From Alphaproteobacteria bacterium (GTDB lineage: Bacteria > Pseudomonadota > Alphaproteobacteria > MPNO01), in NCBI GenBank assembly GCA_965248835.1, contig CBDFLJ010000002.1, positions 2,240,001-2,304,000 on the forward strand: a stretch of DNA of 64,000 bases, read 5' to 3'. This document shows, piece by piece, positions 41,490-51,073 of the stretch. Position numbers and translations under genes: made by a program. Within the stretch, counting starts at the first letter, position 1, and the number at the start of each line of letters is the position of its first letter. Below the pieces are notes generated by a model. It did no database searches and had not been told where the DNA came from. It saw only the letters and a list, made by a program, of their open reading frames with translations.

Positions 41490-42713
41490 ATGGAAAAGAA
41501 ACTGATCGACCAGATCACGGAAGACCGGGGAGCGCACTACGAGCCCTATGGCTGGCACCATTGGCCGGATCATCCCTGGTTCACCTACCAATTCCGGCGT
41601 GGCCTCGGCGAAACCCAGGAAGGCGGCGGCGCCGTCAGCGAATGCTTCCAGGTGGCTAGCCGAGTGATTCCGGGGGACGCCGAGAGCTGGCACAAGGAGT
41701 GGCTGGCCACGGCCGAGCGCAACCTGGAGCGCGGAAGCGCGGCGGAACAGGCCGGCCACATCCAGACGGCGAAGAACTGCTGGCTGCGCGCCGTCGACTA
41801 CTTTCGCCAGGCCGAATTCTTCCTGGCCCCGCGGGACCCGCGGCGCCTCGCCACGTTCGAGAAGATGGAATCCTGCTCGCGGAGCTTCCTCGGCCATCTG
41901 GTGCCACCCGGCGAGGTCGTGAAGATATCCTATGAGAACCGCACCCATCTTGACGCTTACTTCGTGCCGGCGCCCTACGATATCCCCAAAAAGCCCGTCC
42001 TCATTTCATTCGGCGGTCTCGATTCTATCAAGGATGAGATGTGGTTCATGACCGGGCGCGGCGCGCTTCAACGCGGCATCTCGATGCTGATGGTCGACGG
42101 GCCGGGACAGGGCGGCCCCTTGCGCCGCCAGGGCATCAACACGCGCCACGACTACGAGGTGCCGGTCGGCGCCTGCATCGACTACTTGGAGACCCGCGAC
42201 GACGTCGATACCTCAAAGCTCGCCGTCAGCGGGTCCAGCCTCGGCGGCTACTACGCGGCTCGCGCCGGCTCCTTCGAGCACAGGCTGGCCGGGGTCATCT
42301 CCCACGGCGCCATCTGGAGCATCGCCGAGTTTTGGGAAGGCGCCGGCGATGACCATGGCCTGGCCACCCACATTAAATGGGTGTTCGGCGCGTCTTCCAT
42401 GAAAGAGGCGTTGGAGATGGCTGTTCCTTTCACCCTCGACGGCGCCCTGGAAAACATGGAGTGCCCTTATCTCATCGTGCACGGCGGCTTCGACGTGCTG
42501 GGCGTCGCGCAGGCGAGGCAGGTTTACGAATACGCCAAATCGAAAGGGGTCGACATCACCCTGAAGATGATCGAGCCCGAGGAGACCGGCGCCGAGCACT
42601 GCCAGCACGACAACCCGACCATCGGCCAGGAGTACATGGCGGACTGGCTGGTCGACCTGTTCGGCATCGACGAGAGGGATCTGTTGCAGAGGACGCTGAA
42701 GCCAATTTTTTGA
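41490..42713 (+). CDS. Alpha/beta hydrolase (2,6-dihydroxypseudooxynicotine hydrolase / FrsA-like)
   Basis: GGLDS.K.E, DGPGQG, GSSLGGYYA.R, HGG.D, EHCQ. Confidence 0.88.
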   Translation: MEKKLIDQITEDRGAHYEPYGWHHWPDHPWFTYQFRRGLGETQEGGGAVSECFQVASRVIPGDAESWHKEWLATAERNLERGSAAEQAGHIQTAKNCWLRAVDYFRQAEFFLAPRDPRRLATFEKMESCSRSFLGHLVPPGEVVKISYENRTHLDAYFVPAPYDIPKKPVLISFGGLDSIKDEMWFMTGRGALQRGISMLMVDGPGQGGPLRRQGINTRHDYEVPVGACIDYLETRDDVDTSKLAVSGSSLGGYYAARAGSFEHRLAGVISHGAIWSIAEFWEGAGDDHGLATHIKWVFGASSMKEALEMAVPFTLDGALENMECPYLIVHGGFDVLGVAQARQVYEYAKSKGVDITLKMIEPEETGAEHCQHDNPTIGQEYMADWLVDLFGIDERDLLQRTLKPIF

Positions 42714-42725
42714 GGGCGCCCGAAC

Positions 42726-43652
42726 TTACTTGCGTTCGAAGTGCTTGGGCCCTTGCATGAATCGATCGATCCACCAGCTGAAGAAGACATAGCGCAGGAC
42801 CTCGCCGTCCGTCCCTCCGAACTTGCCGCTGGCCTTGAGCCGCGACAGGATTTCGGCGTCGGCGTTGTCGAGCCCGACGTCCAGCTCTGTAATCTCGATG
42901 GGCACATTGGTGAAGTCGGGCACGTAGCCCGAATCCCGGCCAAGCTCCCGCTCCACCCTGATGTTCTTGACCTTGAAGTCGGCCGGCGTGCGCTGGTTGG
43001 CGTAGGTCTGCATCTCAGGCACCTGCGCCCGGTCCTCGTCGGTGGCCTCGCACACGGTCAACTTCAAGGGCTTGAGCTCGAAGTCGCTGGTTGCCATGAC
43101 GTCGGCACCGCAGACGTTGGGAACGGCGAGGACGTCTATCATCGCCAGAAGATCGACGTAGTCACCCTTCTTCGCCGTCTGGCTGGCGATGAACGGCCGC
43201 CCGCCCTGGTCGACGCCTGTGTGCATAAAGAAATTCAGGGAATCGTGCACGTCGTCTGGGGTGAGGCCGTATTCGCGCTGTGCCTCGGCCTGTATGTCGT
43301 GGCAGTTGGTGTGGACAGGCAAGCCGTAATGGTACTCGAAGAGAAAAGCGCTGCAGCGCGGATAGAGCGCGTCGTTGGTGCCGACGGTGTCGTTCAGGAT
43401 GTAGATCATCGGGCGCTCGCGTGGCGGCGCCGACCACAAGAAACTCCCCTTGGTGGGATGAAGCCCGTGCAGGTGGCGCGTTCGGCCGGTGTGCATGAAC
43501 TCCTTGTAGTCGTGAAGGTTGAAGCAATTGAAGTCGGCGCACTGGCCGTCGGCCTCTTGCTCGATGCGCAGGATTTGCCCCTTGAGTATTTCAAGCGCTT
43601 TGCCCGTGCCCGGCTGAATGACCAGTTCGTGAAGTATCTTCCGTTCCGCCAT
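42726..43652 (-). CDS. Urea carboxylase-associated family (DUF1989) protein with C-terminal extension
   Basis: G.Q.ADF, T....H, D....RC, NC, N.F, GDYV.L.A..D....C. Confidence 0.85.
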   Translation of the reverse strand: MAERKILHELVIQPGTGKALEILKGQILRIEQEADGQCADFNCFNLHDYKEFMHTGRTRHLHGLHPTKGSFLWSAPPRERPMIYILNDTVGTNDALYPRCSAFLFEYHYGLPVHTNCHDIQAEAQREYGLTPDDVHDSLNFFMHTGVDQGGRPFIASQTAKKGDYVDLLAMIDVLAVPNVCGADVMATSDFELKPLKLTVCEATDEDRAQVPEMQTYANQRTPADFKVKNIRVERELGRDSGYVPDFTNVPIEITELDVGLDNADAEILSRLKASGKFGGTDGEVLRYVFFSWWIDRFMQGPKHFERK

Positions 43653-43667
43653 TGCCCTACCTCGACC

Positions 43668-43829
43668 CTATTCGGCGGCGCCGGAAGATTCGGCATGCTC
43701 GCGCCCGTACTCGCGGAGAGCCTTCTTGAACAGCTCGTCACGGCTCGCCGCCACGCCCTCGGCGACAGTTTTGTCGACGAGCTCCCATTGCTGCTGGTTG
43801 AGGCGGACCGTTACTTTGTTCTCTGCCAT
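43668..43829 (-). CDS. 53-aa ribbon-helix-helix-like protein (below the ORF-track cutoff)
   Basis: MAENKVTVRLNQQQWELVDKTVAEGVAASRDELFKKALREYGREHAESSGAAE; GAGGGA RBS; fills the gap between RidA and DUF1989 genes. Confidence 0.8.
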   Translation of the reverse strand: MAENKVTVRLNQQQWELVDKTVAEGVAASRDELFKKALREYGREHAESSGAAE

Positions 43830-43846
43830 TTTGCGTCCCTCGCATC

Positions 43847-44311
43847 CTACTTCTCGAGAATGTGGGCGACCGCCTCCACCTCCAGCAACGAGTCGTTGGT
43901 CGGCAGCAACTCGAGCACGCGCACCACCGTGCTCGCCGGGGGCTCGCCCGGAAAGTACATGGCGCGGATTCGGTTGTAGATGGGAAAGTCCCGCATGTCG
44001 CGGAAATACTGGGTCAGCTTGACGACGTCATCGAGGGTACCACCCGCCGCCTTTACCGTCTTGCTCAGGTTTTCCAGGATCATCCACGACTGTGCGGCGA
44101 TTGGCCCCTCGTGGGCGTCGGTCGACATTTCGCCGCTGGCGCCGATTTTGGCGCGCGCTTCCTCGGGGATGTCGGCGTAGCCGGTGACTACCCTGCCGCT
44201 CAACGGGTCGGCGGCGACAATGCCGGAAAAGTACACGAGGTCGCCGGCCCGGCGGAACGGTGCGTAACGCGATAGCGGGCGCGCCACGTCTTGGCTAGGG
44301 TCGTCGGTCAT
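43847..44311 (-). CDS. RidA/Rid family protein
   Basis: Y....RAGDL.Y.SG, L.DVVK...Y..D..DF...N..R..YF...PPAST.V, LEVEA. Confidence 0.9.
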   Translation of the reverse strand: MTDDPSQDVARPLSRYAPFRRAGDLVYFSGIVAADPLSGRVVTGYADIPEEARAKIGASGEMSTDAHEGPIAAQSWMILENLSKTVKAAGGTLDDVVKLTQYFRDMRDFPIYNRIRAMYFPGEPPASTVVRVLELLPTNDSLLEVEAVAHILEK

Positions 44312-44382
44312 CTCATGTGTCCTCGCCTGTCAATGGTCAGGTGTCAAGCACGGCGAGGCCGCTCTGGCGTGACAGCGGCCTT

Positions 44383-44820
44383 TCACGACTTGTCCTTGGG
44401 AACGACGGCGATCATGTCGAGTTCCAGGCGTGCCCCTGGCGCGCTCAGATTGTTGACGCTGACCAGGGTGCCCGCGGGTCGCCAGTCGCCGAAATTCTCG
44501 TTGAGGACCTCGTACATGTCGTCCATCTCGCGCATGTCGGTCATGTATTTGGTGATCTTGACGACATCCCTCCAGGTCAGGCCCTTGGCGTCGAGGACCA
44601 TTTTGATGTTGGCCAACGACATCCGCGTCTGCTCCTTGATGTTGTCGGGCAGCACGTGTTCTTCCGGCACGTGCGGGTGCTTGTGGTAGAGCGGCGAGGC
44701 CGTGGCCCCGGCGATGAACATGAGGCCCTCGGCCTTTTCCAGGTCGATGTACATGGCGGGCGCATAGGGCATGTCCTCGGCTTCTTCAGGCCTCGGATGA
44801 ACTTCCGAAATCGCGGTCAT
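44383..44820 (-). CDS. RidA/Rid family protein (second, divergent)
   Basis: QTR..L.NI...L...G....DVVK...Y.TD, F...RPA.T.V.V..L..PG..LE. Confidence 0.88.
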   Translation of the reverse strand: MTAISEVHPRPEEAEDMPYAPAMYIDLEKAEGLMFIAGATASPLYHKHPHVPEEHVLPDNIKEQTRMSLANIKMVLDAKGLTWRDVVKITKYMTDMREMDDMYEVLNENFGDWRPAGTLVSVNNLSAPGARLELDMIAVVPKDKS

Positions 44821-44834
44821 GGTGTTTCCTTCTG

Positions 44835-45914
44835 TTATTCGGATTGCTCCCGGCGCCACCTGATCTCCGGCCCTGCCGCCTCGCCGATGCGGTTGCGCAG
44901 GACGCCGATCCCGGCCGCCTCGAGTTCGACCACGTCCCCCGGCGCGACCCAGCGGTCGATCTCGAAGCCGCACCCCTGGTCCACGGTCCCCGAGCCGAAC
45001 ACGTCGCCGACGTTCAGGGGTTCGTCCTGGGAGGTGTAGGAGATGATTTCCGGGAACGTCCACTGCATGGCGCCGGGCGTCGATTCGGCCCAAACGTCGC
45101 CGTTGATTGTGACATTCATGGCGAGGCTGCCGATTTCGCCAAGCTCGTCGGGCGTGACGATCCACGGCCCCAGGCCCCAGGCGAAGTCCTTACCTTTATA
45201 TGGGCCGGTGCTCATGGCCATTTCCCCTTTCTGGGTGTCGCGTGCCGAGAAATCGTTGAGCAGCGTGTAGCCCAGGATGTGGCCGGACGCCGCGTCGACG
45301 TCGATGTCCTGGCCGGGCGCACCGATGACCGCCGCCAGCTCGAGCTCGTAATCCAGTTTGCGGGTGTAACGCGGCCATCGCACTTCTTCGTCGTGACCGA
45401 CAAGGGTCGTCGGATTGCCCTTAAAGGCAGTCGGGCGCTCGTACCATTCGGGCGGGATTTTGAGCCCCATCTTGCCAAACGTCGTCTGCAGGTGGTCCTC
45501 GAACGCAGCGAAGTCGCGCAAGACCGGGACCCGCGCTACCGGCGGCCGCAAATCCACCTCGTCGAGGCGGTAGGCGACGCGCTCGGTCCTCGGGCCGACT
45601 AACTCGGCGGGTGCGGTTGCAGCGGTCCGTGCCTCGAACCATTGGACGACCTCGTCGAGCCCATCGAGAGCCGGTCCGTGCAGCTCGGCGTAGGTTTGCA
45701 GGTCGGGGGGGCAAAACGCGTCAGCGCGGCGGTTCGGGTTGCCGACGCCATCCTCGGCGCACTTGGCGGCAGAGGCGAAGTTGACGTCGATGATCCACCC
45801 CTGGGATTGTCGCGCACTTGTGGCGTGATCCTCCGGTCCTCCGTCGAGGCGCACGATGCCGAAACGCTCGAAGGGGCCGACCGGGGTATGTACGCGGAAG
45901 GTTGCCAGCTTCAC
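44835..45914 (-). CDS. Fumarylacetoacetate hydrolase family protein
   Basis: RDF..FE.H, LDYELE, GYT.LNDFSARD.Q, KGKDF, GPW.VT.DE, GDV.GSGT. Confidence 0.92.
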   Translation of the reverse strand: MKLATFRVHTPVGPFERFGIVRLDGGPEDHATSARQSQGWIIDVNFASAAKCAEDGVGNPNRRADAFCPPDLQTYAELHGPALDGLDEVVQWFEARTAATAPAELVGPRTERVAYRLDEVDLRPPVARVPVLRDFAAFEDHLQTTFGKMGLKIPPEWYERPTAFKGNPTTLVGHDEEVRWPRYTRKLDYELELAAVIGAPGQDIDVDAASGHILGYTLLNDFSARDTQKGEMAMSTGPYKGKDFAWGLGPWIVTPDELGEIGSLAMNVTINGDVWAESTPGAMQWTFPEIISYTSQDEPLNVGDVFGSGTVDQGCGFEIDRWVAPGDVVELEAAGIGVLRNRIGEAAGPEIRWRREQSE

Positions 45915-46462
45915 CGCTTTACTTCCTCGATATCGACCTTGTCGTCGGCGTCTGTGCCCGGGAACGGGCCCTGCTTGACTTCGATGAGGCGGGTTTTCGG
46001 TTCCAGAAACTCGACCTCGTGGCCCTCCACCATGAGGATGAGGTCGTTGGCGGAGAGCACAACGTCGCCCAACTCATGGCCCTCCTTGGTGAAGATGCCG
46101 ATGCGGGCGCGCCCACTCTGGCAGATCAGGATCTGGTGGCGGGTCGGCAGGTCGGGCAGTGGCTCGGTGGGCACGTGGTAGTGGGGGAGCGTCGTGCCGC
46201 CGGGTTCCCTTTCCAGCATGATGACCTGGAGCGGCCACGAGTTATCGGTGATGTGCGCTTTGGTGGTGCGCTCCAAGGTCGGGTCGCTGACGTTATAGGC
46301 TTCGCGGACGTGCTGGATTTCCTCTTCCGTGTCCATAAACGGGGGAAACTTGCCGAATTCTCCGAAGTCGTTCCTAATGTAGATGGCGACGATCCGGTCG
46401 TCATCGGGTGCGCGGAAATACTTAACCGTCTCGATGTCGAGGCTCATTGCCTGATCCATCAT
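45911..46462 (-). CDS. Cupin-fold hypothetical protein
   Basis: PHYH, G......GH..EF, IEVKQGP; start uncertain. Confidence 0.7.
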   Translation of the reverse strand: MMDQAMSLDIETVKYFRAPDDDRIVAIYIRNDFGEFGKFPPFMDTEEEIQHVREAYNVSDPTLERTTKAHITDNSWPLQVIMLEREPGGTTLPHYHVPTEPLPDLPTRHQILICQSGRARIGIFTKEGHELGDVVLSANDLILMVEGHEVEFLEPKTRLIEVKQGPFPGTDADDKVDIEEVKR

Positions 46463-46612
46463 GGTCCCTTCCTCGAGCGCTATTGTTCGTTCCGTCCGCC
46501 AGTCCGGCAAGGCAAGCGGGCTGGGCGGAGATCCTCAGCCGCGGCCAACCGCCCGCCGGAATGAACGTCATCCAGGCGGACGGGCGGGCACGCCTCGATA
46601 GAGCGACTGGCC

Positions 46613-47599
46613 TTACGGCTTCCAGCCCTTCGGTTGCTGCATCTTGCTGGTGTCGAGAGAGTCCAAGTTGGTGCGCGTCACCGGGATTAGGGGGACCTCG
46701 ATTAGGCTCTTGGTGGGCTTCATTCCCTTGATCAGCTCATCGGCGAGCCGAACCGCGGTACGGCCGATGACCACGGTCTGCTGGGCGACAACGTAGTCGA
46801 CGCAGCCCGCCCTCATGAGTTCGGCCGCTGCAGGACCGAGCACCCCGAAGAGGACTTTGGTCTTGCCACAACGCCCGGCGCCCTGCACGGCGCGTGCCGC
46901 GCCCACGCCATAGGTGTCATCAGCGCCATAGAGGATGTCAACGTTGGGAAAGCGCTGCAAGAAATCGTTCGCCAAGCCGAGCGCCACGGCAACTTCCTGG
47001 GCACTGTTCTTTTCGGCGATGACCTTGATGTTGGACCCCTTAACGGACTCCTTGAAGCAACGCCACCTCTCACCCGACCAAAACGCGCCGGGAGGGCCGC
47101 TCAGCGCCGCCACCGTACCGCCCTTGGGCAGCAATGCTCTGGCGCCCTTGGCCAGTTCCTTGCCGAGGTTGCAATGGCTCGACGAAGCGGCGGCACTGGG
47201 CGCCACGTCGCTGGCGACAACTGGGCTGCCGGTACCGACGACAGCAATGCCCGCCTTCTGCGCCTGACGAACGACGCCGTTGAACGCCGAAGGGTTGGCC
47301 GGGTCCATGAGGATCGCCTTGACTTTTTGGACCGTCAGATTGGAGATGTGCGAGACTTGCTTGTCGACGTGGGCGTAGCCGCCAGCGTCGAGGATCACCG
47401 TTTTGTAACCGAGTTTCTTCGCTTCATCGGTGACGCCGTACAAGAGGGCCGTGTACCAGGGGCCCTGTATGGTCGGCATGGAGACGCCGAGGGTCCTCTT
47501 CTCGGCGGCAATAGCGGACGCCCCGCCAAGCACTGCTATAACGGCACAGGCCATGGACAAAATGGCCAGTCGTTCGAATAGTTTCTCTGTTTTCAACAT
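46613..47599 (-). CDS. Sugar-type ABC substrate-binding protein (RbsB-like)
   Basis: Signal peptide, GVS.P....W......G...EA..LG, G.PG.....R, D..G.GA. Confidence 0.88.
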   Translation of the reverse strand: MLKTEKLFERLAILSMACAVIAVLGGASAIAAEKRTLGVSMPTIQGPWYTALLYGVTDEAKKLGYKTVILDAGGYAHVDKQVSHISNLTVQKVKAILMDPANPSAFNGVVRQAQKAGIAVVGTGSPVVASDVAPSAAASSSHCNLGKELAKGARALLPKGGTVAALSGPPGAFWSGERWRCFKESVKGSNIKVIAEKNSAQEVAVALGLANDFLQRFPNVDILYGADDTYGVGAARAVQGAGRCGKTKVLFGVLGPAAAELMRAGCVDYVVAQQTVVIGRTAVRLADELIKGMKPTKSLIEVPLIPVTRTNLDSLDTSKMQQPKGWKP

Positions 47600-47690
47600 G
47601 GTTTCCTCCCGTTGCTTCCAATTCCGTTTCGTGCGTCGACGGCAAACCCGGCGAGGACGTTCCTCCCTCACGCGTTGGCGGAGAACTCGA

Positions 47691-48707
47691 TCACTCTCCG
47701 CTGCCTCGTCTCACCAACACCTGGTCGATGGCGACGGCGCCGGCCAGCGCCGCTCCGATCACCATCATCTGCGTATAGGACGACACGTTTAGCAGGTTGA
47801 GGCCGTTGGAGAGAATGCTAACAAACGCCACCCCGAAGGCGACGCCGATCACCGACCCACGGCCGCCGAACAGGGAAACCCCGCCCAGCACCACCGCCGC
47901 CACCGATTCGAGGGGAAGGGTCGTTCCCAGAGTGGGTTGGCCAGACGCCACCCGCGCCGTCAAGATGAGCGCTCCCACCGCCGAGCAGAACCCGCAGTAC
48001 ATATAGGCCGCGACCTTGACCCCATCGACCTTGATGCCGGACAGGCGCGCCGCTTCCTGGTTGCCGCCGACGGCGTAAATGTTTCTCCCCCAGCGCATGT
48101 AGCGCAGGATGACGAAGGTGATAACCAGCAACACCAATGAGACCACCACCGGCACCGGCAGGCCCAGAAAATCCTCGTACGCGACGTCCGAAAACTTGAC
48201 CGAGAGACCGGTGACCGGCGTGCCGCCGCTGAGGTTGAGAGCCAAGCCCGACGCGAAGGACATCATGGCCAGGGTGGCGATAAACGGGAAGACCCTGAGC
48301 TTCGTTACGATCAGGCCGTTGACCAGGCCGACACCGAGCCCGGCAAGAAGCCCCATCACCATGGCCGCGGAGATGCCGAAGTCGAGCATCACCATAGCGC
48401 TGCAGACGCTGACCAAGGCGACAATGGACCCCACGGAAAGGTCCAGTCCCGCCGTCAGGATCACCGCCGTCTGGCCAAAGGACACCGCAGCCAGGGCCGC
48501 CGCCTGCAGGCCGATGTTGCGGAAGTTTTGGATGGACAAAAAGACGTCCGACGACGACGCGAAGATGGCGATCAAGCCGAACACCGCCAGCGGGAGTCCG
48601 ATTTGCCGCCCATAGTGAACCAGGAAATCGACCCAAACCGCTCGTGAGCCTTGCAAGGATACGCCGTCCTTCGCTGGGCACCCCGATGTGGCGCTCTCCG
48701 CTTCCAT
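47691..48707 (-). CDS. Sugar-type ABC permease (RbsC-like)
   Basis: GLDLSVG, PFIATL, GR.IYAVGGN.EAARLSGI, AAVVLGG.SL.GG.G. Confidence 0.9.
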   Translation of the reverse strand: MEAESATSGCPAKDGVSLQGSRAVWVDFLVHYGRQIGLPLAVFGLIAIFASSSDVFLSIQNFRNIGLQAAALAAVSFGQTAVILTAGLDLSVGSIVALVSVCSAMVMLDFGISAAMVMGLLAGLGVGLVNGLIVTKLRVFPFIATLAMMSFASGLALNLSGGTPVTGLSVKFSDVAYEDFLGLPVPVVVSLVLLVITFVILRYMRWGRNIYAVGGNQEAARLSGIKVDGVKVAAYMYCGFCSAVGALILTARVASGQPTLGTTLPLESVAAVVLGGVSLFGGRGSVIGVAFGVAFVSILSNGLNLLNVSSYTQMMVIGAALAGAVAIDQVLVRRGSGE

Positions 48708-48871
48708 CTCCAGAGGGGTTAAGGTCTGGTACCAGGATAACGGGTTGTCATGATGCCAAACTTTATCGCCGGCGGCATCCAGGGGCAAGCAATCTCCCGC
48801 TTGGCACGCCCCCCAATTTGTCAAGCCATTCTCAGCCCGCACCCAGCAAAGTGACCAACCACCTTTTCTCA

Positions 48872-49813
48872 GAGCCCTTCCGGAAAGCTCTTGAATCGGA
48901 AGAATCGTTTGTGATTCTGTGCTGGGCATCCGGTTTACAGGAGGAAGCCCGATGTGGACTGCGGAACAGCGCCGCGCGGCGGAGCGTCGCGGACTTCGCT
49001 ATCCGAGTGATCTGACCGACGCCGAGTGGGCGCTGATCGCGCCAATGATCCCGCCTGCCAAGCGCGGCGGGCGCAAGCGCTCAGTCGACGTGCGCGAGGT
49101 TCTGAACGGCATCTTCACCGTGCTGTCCACGGGCTGCCAGTGGAATGCACTGCCCAAGGATCTGCCGCCGAAGTCGACGGTGTACGACTATTTCGATCTA
49201 TGGGAGTGGGATGGCACGCTGGAGCGGATCCATCATGAACTCTACGTCGCGGTGCGCGATGAGGAAGGACGCGAAGCCAGCCCGTCGGCCGCGGTCATCG
49301 ACAGCCAGAGCGCCAAGGCGGCGCAAAAAGGGGGGCGTCGATCGACGATCAAGGCTTCGATGCGGGCAAGAAGGTCACCGGTCGCAAGCGGCACATCATG
49401 GTCGACACGCTCGGCCTGATGCTGGGCATCGTGGTGCATTCCGGCGACGTTCAGGATCGCGACGGTGCCCACGAGCTCTTGCGCCGCACCCGGCGACGGT
49501 TCCCATTCATCGAGGTGATCTACGCCGACGGCGGCTATCAGGGACCGAAGATGGCCGCGACTGTCGCCAAGACCGGGGGTTGGCGGCTCGAGATCGTCAA
49601 GCGCAACGACGTGCCCCGCTTCGAGGTGCTGCCAAAGCGTTGGATTGTCGAACGCACCTTCGCCTGGATCAGCCGCAACAGGCGCCTCGCTCGCGACTTC
49701 GAACGTCACGTTCGATCCGTCGTCGCCTTCATCCGACTCGCCATGATCCGCATCATGCTGCGCAGACTCGCCGCAACCCACTCACCATAGATTCAAACTT
49801 TCCGGATCGGCTC
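48872..49813 (+). mobile_element. IS5-family element (IS1031-like)
   Basis: IRs GAGCCCTTCCGGAAA / TTTCCGGATCGGCTC; TCA duplicated on both sides. Confidence 0.92.
48952..49790 (+). CDS. IS5-family transposase, frameshifted orfA/orfB
   Basis: YPSDLTDAEW, IDSQSAK, AAAAAGGGGGG slippery site, ADGGY, KRWIVERTFAW. Confidence 0.9.
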
Positions 49814-49889
49814 TCAGAATATTTATGAGATACTCTCAATGTATCGCCCAATGTATCGCCCAATCGCACAAATAGGAGCGCGTACTCCC

Positions 49890-50900
49890 ATGTTCCGGCG
49901 AATGCCCTCCCTGAACGCGGTGCGCGCCTTCGAAGTGGCGGCCCGCCATCTGACTTCAGCCACGCTGCCAACAAGCTTGGCGTCAACCAAGGCGCGATCA
50001 GCCGCCGGGTTAAGGCCCACGAGGAATTCCTCGGCATCGAACTCTTCCACCGGTTGACCCGCGCTCTCCAGATGACCGAGTCGGGCCAAGAGTATCACGT
50101 CTCCATGCGCGACGCTTTCGATCGCATTGAACGGTCGACCCAGCGCATCACCAACCCAAGTGACCGGCAGGTCCTAACCGTCGGCGTCCTGCCGACGTTT
50201 GCCATGCACTGGCTCATTCCCCGCCTCAGTGCTTTCATAGAGGCCAACTCCGCCGTCGAAGTGCGGTTCGTCACCGCCATCATTCCGGTAAATTATGCGC
50301 GCGAGGATATCGACGTCGCCATCCGCGTCGGCTCCATCGAGCCCGCCGCCCCCGAAGGAATGTCGCCGCGCATCGACCTCAAGATGGTGGCGGACTGGTC
50401 GGGCGTGCGCGTCGATCTTGTCGTTCCGGATGTGCTCGTCCCCGTGTCCAGCCCGGAGCTCTGCGACGGCTCCCCGCCACTGAACGAAATGGAACATTTG
50501 CGCCAGCACCCCCTGCTCCACACATCGACCCGTCCCAATGCCTAGCCGGACTGGCTCGGCGCCGTTGACATGGGCGACCTTGAGCACGAAGCCGAACCGA
50601 CTTTCGGCCATACGCGGCGACGCAGAAGCAATATCTTGGGCAAGTCTCCCTCCCGCGCATCGGGGCCCGTCCGACCGTCTTCCGATTCTTCATGACCCTG
50701 CAGGCGGCCGCGCAAGGCCTCGGCGTGGCCATCGTTCCCGAGATGGTGGTTCGCCAAGGCCACCTGACCATCCCGGGTGGCAGTCTTTGCGTCGCCCATT
50801 GGCTGAATTTTGATCCGCCGTTGACACACGCGTTTGCCAACGGCGCCAAATCCGCCGAGGGCGACGTCCATCGTAATTGCTTCACATGTGTCGTCGATGA
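49890..50900 (+). pseudogene. LysR-family (GcvA-like) regulator, frameshifted and with an internal stop
   Basis: MFRRMPSLNAVRAFEVAARHL, frameshift in the HTH, FA..WL.PRL..F, TAG at 50543-50545, AA.QGLGVA; 3' end approximate. Confidence 0.82.
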
Positions 50901-51073
50901 TCTTTGAGGAATGGAGATGGCGTCACAAGGGTGGTTTTGACAAACCAACTTTTGATCCCTCATGTATGAGCGTCTCTCATTCGTGCCGGGATGTCGTCTT
51001 TGCTTGATCCGCTTCGCCGCCGTGCCATGGTGTTCCGTACCGTGCGTGGCGGTGGTCAATTCGTGAGGCGAGC

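Noticed and set aside
49837-49864. CAATGTATCGCC tandem duplication upstream of the LysR pseudogene
   Set aside because: Only two copies; cannot distinguish an operator from slippage
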